A stretch of DNA of 64,000 nucleotides from Candidatus Woesearchaeota archaeon (GTDB taxonomy: Archaea; Nanobdellota; Nanobdellia; Woesearchaeales; GW2011-AR4), in assembly GCA_016187465.1 (NCBI GenBank), contig JACPJQ010000004.1:104861-168860 (forward strand). The letters run 5' to 3'. The notes below the pieces were generated by a model. The model did not search any database. It was not told where the DNA came from and was given only the letters and a program-made list of their open reading frames with translations. How positions within the stretch are numbered: the first letter of the stretch is position 1; each line of letters starts with the position of its first letter. Shown here piece by piece: positions 1 through 8,078 of this stretch. The position numbers and the translations under genes are program-made.

Positions 1-362
1 CTAAAAATCGTCTAATGAATGGATATTGTAAAAATATTTTTCTTTTGTGTTCTGGTAAAAAATTCAGCAAATCTTGCATAAGGCTTTTGATTTCAACTTC
101 TATTTAAGATTTACTCAAAATAAAAGTTCGTCTAAGAATTAACGATTTTACACTCAAAAAGGGGGCTTTTCTTCTCGGCTTCGCATAATCCTATGGATTA
201 TACAAACTTTTTCTACAAAAAAGTACGCCGAGAACGATTTAGGCGGGAAAAAAGAAATTGCTCACTACGTTCACAATTTGTGGAATTTAATAATTCCACT
301 GCGTATAATACTCGTTTCGTGGCAAAATCGAATTCCTTGCGTCATTCAGATTTTGACCTAAC

Positions 363-402
363 TTTTTCTCAGCTCTGAAAAATTAGCCAGCTCTGAAGTT
401 TG
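363..402. repeat. ~40-nt dispersed repeat, copy 1 (ttttctcagctctgaaaaatt[a/c]gccagctctgaagtttg); contains an internal 10-nt duplication
   Basis: 39/40 identical to 2025..2064; read directly in sequence. Confidence 0.7.
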
Positions 403-692
403 CGAGTTCAAACTTCGAGGGCAATTTTTCGAGGAGAAAAAGTTCACGAAACTTTGGGCATTATACGAACTTTTGGGGCTCTTTAGAATAATAATTTTGG
501 TTTTTTACTCGCTTTACTCATAAAAAACTTTCCAAGGGCACTTTTATAACGTTTAGATGGGCTTATTTCATAAGAATATATCATTTTTCAATGACTTTAC
601 GCATTAAACTAAAATCCAATAACGAAAAACTCAATAAACATAAAAAAAATCAAAAATCCAGCCCACCTTCCAGTCCGCCCCTCCACCCACCC

Positions 693-1163
693 TTAAATAA
701 TAAAGTAAATTACAAAATAAACAACAAGAGCGACTATTAGCATAGCTGAATATTGAAGTAGATTATCCCTTACATATTCATTTTCCCTAGTTTTTTTTGA
801 TTGTGAGTAAGTTGCAACTAGCAAGCAAGTGACCGAAATAAAGACTAAAATATGTTTTATTATGCTGGATATTAAAATCGATAAGACAAAAGTTATACTC
901 CCAATTAGCATTAAGTTACCTTCAAGGGTAAGCCAATTCTCTTCTTTCTGAGCCTTTGAAAGATTTTTTTTAATGTTATTATACCTGTAATTGAAACCTC
1001 CGATTAACAAGAGGAATGTTAATGCAATAAGAAACATTTCATATTTAATATTCCCTTGGAATTTGGCTAATAGTACTCTTGCAAAAACCCTGTACAGAAT
1101 CGCTAAGATTATTATTATCAAGATAGTTAAAAAGGAACGATTCTTCCATATGGATTTTTCCAT
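693..1163 (-). CDS. hypothetical integral membrane protein
   Basis: 156-aa ORF with several hydrophobic helices; no recognisable family. Confidence 0.35.
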   Translation of the reverse strand: MEKSIWKNRSFLTILIIIILAILYRVFARVLLAKFQGNIKYEMFLIALTFLLLIGGFNYRYNNIKKNLSKAQKEENWLTLEGNLMLIGSITFVLSILISSIIKHILVFISVTCLLVATYSQSKKTRENEYVRDNLLQYSAMLIVALVVYFVIYFII

Positions 1164-1192
1164 TTTAAACTGTAATGAATGCTTTTCTTTAA

Positions 1193-1238
1193 AAAAGTTC
1201 GCCTAAGTGACGACTATTCTTGTGCCCTTGGACTTAAG
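1193..1238. repeat. ~45-nt imperfect direct repeat (copy 1) flanking the 1241..1764 two-gene cassette
   Basis: shares ttcg[c/t]ctaa..cgact..ttgtgcccttggactta with 1815..1860. Confidence 0.6.
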
Positions 1239-1240
1239 AA

Positions 1241-1453
1241 CTAACTGACAACAACCTCGACAGGCAAGTCTTCAATTTTTGTTTTTCCAGAAATAAAATT
1301 TAGCTTCTCAAAACCAATAACTTTCTTTGTTTTTGGATCTTTTTTTAAAATAACTTCCTCTCCAGTTTCCTCACTAATGACTTTTCTTGGCTTTTCAAAC
1401 CACACATCTAAGGTGTTGCCTTCCTTGTCAAAAAATACCCTGATTTTCTTCAT
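1241..1453 (-). CDS. DUF2283-like small protein, putative antitoxin partner
   Basis: 70 aa; N-terminal M-K-x-I-x-x-F-D-x-E pattern typical of DUF2283; 4-nt overlap with upstream gene. Confidence 0.5.
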   Translation of the reverse strand: MKKIRVFFDKEGNTLDVWFEKPRKVISEETGEEVILKKDPKTKKVIGFEKLNFISGKTKIEDLPVEVVVS

Positions 1454-1764
1454 TTTCCTTTGTAAAATTGCTTCCCTTCCTTTATTCTGTCTGTAAAATA
1501 TGCTGTTATAATAAATCCATCGCCGTTTTTGTGCTTTACAACAACTGAAACCAACAATCTTCCATAATGTTTGTAATAAAGGTAAACCGAATCATCACTG
1601 ACACTTTGCCTTATTTCGTCTGGATTTGTTAATGTTTCTTTGACTTCTTTTTCTTTGCCTTCCATCTCAAGATGTTTAGTCTTGATAATTAATTCCCATC
1701 TAGATTTTGTAACATACACTCTTTTATCGAGTTTGGATGTCACCTCAAAATAGTTTTCATTCAT
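1450..1764 (-). CDS. DUF4258-like small protein, putative toxin of a DUF4258/DUF2283 pair
   Basis: 104 aa; operonic overlap with the DUF2283-like gene; weak motif resemblance only. Confidence 0.4.
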   Translation of the reverse strand: MNENYFEVTSKLDKRVYVTKSRWELIIKTKHLEMEGKEKEVKETLTNPDEIRQSVSDDSVYLYYKHYGRLLVSVVVKHKNGDGFIITAYFTDRIKEGKQFYKGK

Positions 1765-1814
1765 GTAGAATCGTATAATCTTGAGTATATAAACCTTTTT
1801 AAATTTTTGTTTAA

Positions 1815-1860
1815 AATTCGTCTAATGCCAACGACTGATATTGTGCCCTTGGACTTATTG
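1815..1860. repeat. ~45-nt imperfect direct repeat (copy 2) flanking the 1241..1764 cassette
   Basis: matches 1193..1238. Confidence 0.6.
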
Positions 1861-2024
1861 CCTTTCGTCTAATGTAAGACATTAGGCAAACTTTTTAACG
1901 AGTAAAAAGACGGCAATAAGCGAAATTATTATGAGCCCCAAAAGTTTAGAACCCTATCGGGCATCTAATACTCGTTATGCGGTTCGCTCCTTATTTCATA
2001 ATGTCGCTCAACCTAAGTTTTTTC

Positions 2025-2064
2025 TCAGCTCTGAAAAATTCGCCAGCTCTGAAGTTTGTTGGGT
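2025..2064. repeat. ~40-nt dispersed repeat, copy 2
   Basis: matches 363..402; preceded ~50 nt upstream by a second shared block (taatactcgtt), as in copy 1. Confidence 0.7.
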
Positions 2065-2126
2065 TGCCTCAAACACCGAGAAAGAACCGATATTTTTATA
2101 TATATGGGCTTCTATTATGCATTAAT

Positions 2127-2261
2127 ATGGAAACAATAACAATACCTAAGGAAGAGTATGAAAGACTAAAGAAATTAGAGCAGCTTGATTTTGATTTGAT
2201 AAGGCAATTTGCCAGTTCTCTAGAAGACTTAAAACAAGGCAGATTCAAGAGACTTGCTTAG
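2127..2261 (+). CDS. small charged protein (44 aa), possible antitoxin-like partner
   Basis: internal ATG of ORF 1977..2261; convergent with and overlapping the RelE-like gene. Confidence 0.25.
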   Translation: METITIPKEEYERLKKLEQLDFDLIRQFASSLEDLKQGRFKRLA

Positions 2262-2631
2262 CAATTTGTTCTGCAACTTTTCTGTATTCAGCAAATTGTG
2301 ATATTATGTGGTCTATCGTCGCTTGCTGATCTTTCTTGCCGCTCGTAGCAACAAGTAAAACTAACTTCAAGTCTTCGTAAATGAGATAATAAACTCTCTT
2401 TTCTTTTATGCGTTTTTCTCTCAAGAAAGGATATCTTAGCTGATGACCAACAAATGGATTTTCTGCAAGTTGCTCCGGAATTTTTTCTGTTGCTTCAATT
2501 TCTGGATTTGACCATTTGCTAATTTCTTTAAGATAAGTATCAGTTCCGATTACTTTAAACATTTTCACAATACTTCTTTGCTTCTTTATAAACTTTCTCG
2601 GTAAAAGTACGCTGAGAACGATTTTGGGCAA
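2245..2631 (-). CDS. RelE/ParE-family toxin-like protein (true start probably an internal Met near 2565)
   Basis: C-terminal region R-x-Y-Y-L-I-Y-E...L-x-L-L-V-A resembles the RelE/ParE fold signature. Confidence 0.4.
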   Translation of the reverse strand: MPKIVLSVLLPRKFIKKQRSIVKMFKVIGTDTYLKEISKWSNPEIEATEKIPEQLAENPFVGHQLRYPFLREKRIKEKRVYYLIYEDLKLVLLVATSGKKDQQATIDHIISQFAEYRKVAEQIAKQVS

Positions 2632-2634
2632 AAT

Positions 2635-2832
2635 TTACAGCCTTAAATGCTTTGTTTTCTTTTCAATTGTTTTTGTTGTTTTATATCTTCCTTCGCTTAT
2701 GCACTTAAAGCATTCTTCTTTATAATCACTGTAGAATTTGTCGCCTGCATTCCAACATTTTCTTTTACATCTAAACAAAACATAGCCGTGCTTTCCGCAC
2801 AGCATTACTCTCTTTCTCATTCTGGACACCAT
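2635..2832 (-). CDS. small Cys-rich zinc-ribbon-like protein, operonic with the RelE-like gene
   Basis: 65 aa with 6 Cys in CxxH.../CxxxC/CxxC spacing; stop 4 nt before downstream start. Confidence 0.35.
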   Translation of the reverse strand: MVSRMRKRVMLCGKHGYVLFRCKRKCWNAGDKFYSDYKEECFKCISEGRYKTTKTIEKKTKHLRL

Positions 2833-2983
2833 CCAGACCGCATAACCAAAAACTGCCTTGCTTTTGGCTATGTTGCTCTTAGAGCAGTGGTCTTAATGCG
2901 TGCCGGTTTTGTACTTTGTCGACGAAACTTTGTTTAGCATTTTAATCGTTTGATAAAAATAAGATAGTTTTAATAAAAAGATA

Positions 2984-3136
2984 TCATCGATGATACTTTG
3001 GATTCACTCCAATCGCTTTCATGTCTTCCTGGCCGCATTCATTGCACCTGTAGACATCGTATTTTGAATTTCCGCTTTGAATCACGCCTTTCTTAATCAT
3101 CTTCTCGCCGCATTTGCCGCATTTTCCGTCTTTCAT
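2984..3136 (-). CDS. small C4 zinc-ribbon protein (start trimmed to internal Met)
   Basis: CGKCGEK...CNECGQ; the long N-terminal extension of ORF 2984..3301 overlaps the DUF192 gene in another frame. Confidence 0.35.
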   Translation of the reverse strand: MKDGKCGKCGEKMIKKGVIQSGNSKYDVYRCNECGQEDMKAIGVNPKYHR

Positions 3137-3155
3137 TCTTTTTCCTGTTGCAAGC

Positions 3156-3593
3156 TTATTTATAAAGTTTTTTAATTTCAGCTTTATTTCCGACGATGAC
3201 GCTGTTTCTTGAAGTAAAATTGCCATTGACCTCAAGGACATATTTGGCCGGCCTTGCGGATTTGTGCAATGTGCAAGGGTCTTCCTTACACGGAACTGCA
3301 CTTTTTATGTCGACAATCTCCATATTTTTGCTGATAAAAATCATGTCCAAAGGAATCAAGGTGTTTTTCATCCAGAATGTCTGGTAGTTTTCTTCATCAA
3401 AAACAAAAAGCATTCCTGAATTTTCATCAAGTTTTGTCCTGAGCATCAAGCCATGCCTTCTTTCATCATTACCGTCTGCAATTTCAACTTTTACTTTGAT
3501 TAACTCTTTCCCATTATCAATCAAAATTTCATTAAAACTTTTTGAACATCCGATTAAAAAAATCAGCAAAAAACTTACAAGAATCTTGTTCAT
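3156..3593 (-). CDS. DUF192-family protein with N-terminal lipoprotein-like signal
   Basis: HGLMLR...MLFVF...FWMKNTLIPLD...YVLEVNG motifs typical of DUF192/COG1430. Confidence 0.65.
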   Translation of the reverse strand: MNKILVSFLLIFLIGCSKSFNEILIDNGKELIKVKVEIADGNDERRHGLMLRTKLDENSGMLFVFDEENYQTFWMKNTLIPLDMIFISKNMEIVDIKSAVPCKEDPCTLHKSARPAKYVLEVNGNFTSRNSVIVGNKAEIKKLYK

Positions 3594-4282
3594 CTTTTGA
3601 TTAAATTTTTTCAGAATTTTTAATGTTTTTGGTTAAAAATATTTAAATTTTGCAATTAGAATTTATTAAAATATTCAATCTTTTATTGTATATTATCGGC
3701 AATTTCATATTTTACCTCCTCTATCTTTAATCAATATCTTTAAAACAAATTCGTTATTAAATAATTATTCTATCATCTATTTTAAACTATATACCAAATT
3801 CGTAATTTATCTTCAATATAGAAAATTATATATAAAAGTGAAGTTATAGAGTGAAAAGTGAGAGTTCCCATAGTACACATGAATGTGTAAAGAAGATAGA
3901 AAAATTACTCAAGTTCTAAAAGACAGGCAATGGGCAGCTAAAGAGTGGCATTTAGCCTTTGAAATTGGGAAAACTTAAAGCACCATTTTAGATATCATGG
4001 TTTGGCCCTAAAGACTGGTTCCAAGCATCACCCAAGCTCTCTTAAAATTACCCTAGCCTAAACTATCAATTATTGGCAAAGCGCAAAAATTAGATTAAAA
4101 TACACCTTTTAATATATAAAAGTGAGAGTTTAATACAAAATTAGGCACCATGAAATTTAGTATATATTTCTATCTTATAAAGCTTATAGTGCTTAAATTC
4201 TGCCTTTATAGCCAGTTTAAACTATAACCAATAAACATATAAATTTGAGCACTTTAACAGCAAAGTGAGTGCTTCAGCCAAA

Positions 4283-5071
4283 ATGTACTATTCAAATGGT
4301 CTAGAATACATTGTCGGAAGTTCCTATCCAGATAACTCTTACATTAGAGTTAACTACTTCTCCAAAAATGTCGACGATAATTATGGATTTGCAAGAGAAA
4401 CTCCAATAATCTTTGAAAGGAAATACTCTGGAAGCTCAATAAAGCCGATTCAATATGAAACTCAGCAGTATCATCAATTATCCTATTCAATAAAACATTC
4501 GTTCACTCCAGACATCTTCTTAAGCCCTTCAAGGCCAAAAACAAAATTTGTCGGCGATAATAGTGAAGTAAGAAAAATTTCAGAGGAAGTTTTTGAGTTA
4601 ATGACAAATAAAAAATTGCCAGACAACATATCAATCAATGTCTTGTCATTTAATGAATTCAAGGCATTGCACTCAAACTTCGGGCCATGGAGCAGCGGCA
4701 TTTTGGGATTTTCAATCAATGGAACTCAAAAGAGGATATTTGTCAGGGAAACCAATCTGGACGCTTTAATGCTCGTGATAGGGCACGAGATTGGGCATGT
4801 TCTTACAGAAACTTTGCCAAATAGGCATGATGAAGAGGCAAAAGCCTTTGCTTTTTCAATAGAGTGGGCTAAAACTATCAAGAAGCACAATATAGCTAAT
4901 TTGGGCTTGAATATCAAAGACGAGCTTGACTTTCAGCCAGCAAGAAACGGGCTGCACGACATAGCCTTTGCTTTTGTTGATTTTATGGTCAAGAAGGGAA
5001 GAATAGCAATTCAGTTGCATGACGATTTGGTAAAAGGTTATGTTTCGGTGTTTGGAAGGGTTTATCATTAA
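4283..5071 (+). CDS. HExxH zinc-metallopeptidase-like protein (ImmA/IrrE-like?)
   Basis: LMLVIGHEIGHVL motif; ORF track begins at GTG 4265, first ATG at 4283. Confidence 0.45.
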   Translation: MYYSNGLEYIVGSSYPDNSYIRVNYFSKNVDDNYGFARETPIIFERKYSGSSIKPIQYETQQYHQLSYSIKHSFTPDIFLSPSRPKTKFVGDNSEVRKISEEVFELMTNKKLPDNISINVLSFNEFKALHSNFGPWSSGILGFSINGTQKRIFVRETNLDALMLVIGHEIGHVLTETLPNRHDEEAKAFAFSIEWAKTIKKHNIANLGLNIKDELDFQPARNGLHDIAFAFVDFMVKKGRIAIQLHDDLVKGYVSVFGRVYH

Positions 5072-5180
5072 TATTCATTAAATAGTAGTTACAAAATAGA
5101 AAGATTTAAATATGTATATCCTTTTACATGGATAATGGAAAAAGTCTATATAGGCTATGGTACAAGACTAGAATCAATTT

Positions 5181-5522
5181 ATGGTATACTCCCTCCAACT
5201 CAATTCCTATTTTATAAGACCCAAAAAGGGTATTTTTGATTATACAAGATATGACAAAACCTTAGATAAAGCATTAAATCCAGAAGCTGTTTTTGTTGTT
5301 ATAGAGGACACAGCGCATAGGCTGCGCGGTCACACCAGTTTAAATGAAGAGAAATATAACCCGGATAAATCACAAGTTCTTGAAGCGCCTTTTGATTCCT
5401 TAAGACAATATTTATCAAATACTAAAGGAGATAAAGTTATAGTAACTAAGGAACCGTTGGTTGAGAAAGTCGAATCTGCAATAAAACAGTTCGGTTTTGA
5501 TACAGCACGTTTTAGTATTTAA
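5181..5522 (+). CDS. hypothetical protein
   Basis: 113-aa ORF, no family recognised. Confidence 0.3.
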   Translation: MVYSLQLNSYFIRPKKGIFDYTRYDKTLDKALNPEAVFVVIEDTAHRLRGHTSLNEEKYNPDKSQVLEAPFDSLRQYLSNTKGDKVIVTKEPLVEKVESAIKQFGFDTARFSI

Positions 5523-5535
5523 TTGGAAACAAATT

Positions 5536-6246
5536 TTACCCCAAATAGCTCAGCTTTTTCTTGTCGCTTACATCCTGTGCTTCCTGGCTTTTCTGTAAAA
5601 TTGTCTTAAGCTTCTCTTCAAACTTTTCAGCCTGCTCCAGCAAAGGCTTGTAGTCCAAGTCCATTCCAAGATACTTGTCAAGCGCTTCTACGATTCGTGC
5701 AGCAGCCTTGCTGTCGGGCAGGTTTGAATGCGTTTCAGCGAAAAGACAGCTCAACGGAGTTTTCTCAACCCTTAAGAGTATCGCGCCGGTAACTCCTATT
5801 ATAATCCCTTCCTTAAGGGGTTCTATGCCTGCCTTTTCAAATGCCTTTGCAATCTTTTCATTGTTGGAATAATAGAAAACTCTTGTATCTACGCTGTCCT
5901 GCGCAGAGCCCACACCTTCAAGCGATATAATCTCTTTCGCCTGTAAATCAGACGCAAGCTTACCTATGGTTTCAGCCATGGGCCACTCATACTTAGTTGC
6001 AGCAGTTATTGCGTGGAAAATCACGATGTTGTGCTTTTGGTTGTAGAATATCCCCAATGGCTCAACAACTTTTTTCTCGTGGATTGCGACCATTGCAGGC
6101 ATGTCATTGAACAGAACCTTGCCAATCTGCTCTGTTTTCAGGTGCTCAATCAGGAATTCTGATGCAATTGTGCCTACTAATCCAAATCCCGGAAAACCTT
6201 CAATTATAGTGCAGTTCTTCGGTTTCTTCCATAATTTGACTTCCAT
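5536..6246 (-). CDS. PAC2-family (proteasome assembly chaperone 2-like) protein
   Basis: N-terminal IIEGFPGFGLVG motif characteristic of PAC2/COG1938. Confidence 0.55.
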   Translation of the reverse strand: MEVKLWKKPKNCTIIEGFPGFGLVGTIASEFLIEHLKTEQIGKVLFNDMPAMVAIHEKKVVEPLGIFYNQKHNIVIFHAITAATKYEWPMAETIGKLASDLQAKEIISLEGVGSAQDSVDTRVFYYSNNEKIAKAFEKAGIEPLKEGIIIGVTGAILLRVEKTPLSCLFAETHSNLPDSKAAARIVEALDKYLGMDLDYKPLLEQAEKFEEKLKTILQKSQEAQDVSDKKKLSYLG

Positions 6247-6480
6247 CAGGCACCTCTCTGTAGAAATACCGCATCAAATAGAAATATTTAAATATATGCA
6301 TTTTGAAGAATAGCGGATTAAACGAAAAAGGTGATTTCAATGAAATTTTTAAGGAGCAAGAAAGGAATTGTAACCCATCCGGTAGTTTTATTTATTGTAG
6401 GTATTGTGATTGGGCTGGTTTTGGCTTATCTGTGGATAAACTATACAACCATAGCAAATCCATTCTGCGCATAAACTTTT

Positions 6481-6855
6481 TTATAATTCCATCGCAAAAG
6501 TGGCAATCATAAGGAAGACTCCTTCTATGATAAAGATTACATCATAAGCCTTTCTGTTCAGCCAGTTGAACTCAAACCACGCCGGCCCAATACCAAACGA
6601 GTGCAGCACTGGAAACAATCCGATAATCAGAACAGCAATCGCAACTCCAAAGCTCCACCACCCTACAATGTTGCTGTTGGTTATTTCAATTATTGAGTTA
6701 ATTGCGAGGTAAAAACCTGCTCCTGCAACTATCCATATCAAAATAGAAGGCGCCAAATCATTCAGGAAAGTAAGATAGCCCATCATCGGCAGCAGTCCCA
6801 GTAGGAATATCGCAGCTCCGACTGCTCCAGAAATCCAGTCACGCATCTGCATCAT
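6481..6855 (-). CDS. small integral membrane protein
   Basis: 124 aa, 3-4 hydrophobic helices. Confidence 0.4.
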   Translation of the reverse strand: MMQMRDWISGAVGAAIFLLGLLPMMGYLTFLNDLAPSILIWIVAGAGFYLAINSIIEITNSNIVGWWSFGVAIAVLIIGLFPVLHSFGIGPAWFEFNWLNRKAYDVIFIIEGVFLMIATFAMEL

Positions 6856-6879
6856 GGTAATATCCTCTTTTTTAGAATA

Positions 6880-7875
6880 TTAGGCTGCCCTTGCTAGTCT
6901 TTCTGCCTCAGATCCTTCTTCTTCTAGCTGTTTAATGACTATTCTGAATTCTTGCGCCAATACTTTATTAAACTCTTTTCCAACTTCATCAACAATAACT
7001 TTTCTTAGCTTAGTTCTAGCTTCTTCTGTTTTTTGTTGAGGCAAGTTATGTTTTCCCGCCATCTCTTCCAAATACGTGTCAGCCGATTCCGCTATATACA
7101 GAACTCTTAGAATCATAAGAATAGCTCTTTCTCTAACTAGATAAGACTCTCTAAAATAAGTATTTATGTCTTTACAGATTTGATTTAATTCAAATTCTGA
7201 TTCTTTCACTAACCCTTTGATTTTATCTCTTGGACCCTTTGAAATCTTTCCCAAAAGTCTTTTTAAGTTATCTCTTCTATTTTTCAATATGCTTATTTCT
7301 CTAGCAGATATGGATATTTGAGACCGCCATGCAAATCTTTCGAGTAAATTTCTTAACTCGGCCCTTTCTTTAAGCCTTGTCCTTAACCAATCCATAAATT
7401 TCTGATGATCCCCTTCTAATCTTTTAGCTTCAATAATTATTGCCTCTACCTCTGTGTATTCGGGGCGATACCTCAATTTTTCCTCTTCTTTATCTATCGC
7501 AGCTATTTTTTTTAACGATCTTTTCTCGACTTCTTGCAACCCTTCTATCTTAGGCAGCTTTATCCAAAAGTCTGAAATTTGTTTAACAATACCCTCTTCT
7601 GTCCTAATCTCGGTCATATCCTGTGTTAACTGGTTGAAAATTATATTTACACTATTAGAACAAACTTTTTTGATTGCATTTAAGAAGTGATCAAACCTCC
7701 TATAGAATTCTGTAATTCTATGTTCTTTCTGAATTAGCCTAGGTGCATCCTTAAAGAGAAATTTTGTAACCTGACCACCGAATTTTTCTACGCGCCTTAC
7801 TTCCCATCTCTCTTTAAATTTCGTTGCGCCAGGTCCTTTTAATAGTGTACTCCATTTCTTTATATAAAATCCCAT
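6880..7875 (-). CDS. hypothetical charged coiled-coil protein
   Basis: 331-aa ORF rich in E/K/R; no family recognised. Confidence 0.4.
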   Translation of the reverse strand: MGFYIKKWSTLLKGPGATKFKERWEVRRVEKFGGQVTKFLFKDAPRLIQKEHRITEFYRRFDHFLNAIKKVCSNSVNIIFNQLTQDMTEIRTEEGIVKQISDFWIKLPKIEGLQEVEKRSLKKIAAIDKEEEKLRYRPEYTEVEAIIIEAKRLEGDHQKFMDWLRTRLKERAELRNLLERFAWRSQISISAREISILKNRRDNLKRLLGKISKGPRDKIKGLVKESEFELNQICKDINTYFRESYLVRERAILMILRVLYIAESADTYLEEMAGKHNLPQQKTEEARTKLRKVIVDEVGKEFNKVLAQEFRIVIKQLEEEGSEAERLARAA

Positions 7876-8078
7876 TCATTTCACCTTTTTAACACTCAAC
7901 CCTTTAGCTTATTTTATTTAAATCTTTCCTTTTTGTTGAGTTTTAGGGAGTGGTGAAATGTATAGGTGCGGAGGGGTAGCACAAAGGAAAATAACTTTGA
8001 CAGCAGAATGCCGACGCACACAATCTATTGCGAAGCGGATTGAATAAGAATATAAATTCGTAAATAATCCTCTTAAAT

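Noticed and set aside
193-378. 61-aa ORF at the window start
   Set aside because: Overlaps two dispersed repeat elements, has no start context or coding-like composition; likely spurious.
2984-3301. Full-length 105-aa version of the zinc-ribbon ORF
   Set aside because: N-terminal 55 codons overlap the DUF192 gene on the same strand in another frame; trimmed to the internal Met.
3600-4264. Replication origin
   Set aside because: AT-rich and repeat-containing but no adjacent orc1/cdc6 and no recognisable ORB elements; kept only as a low-confidence alternative in findings.
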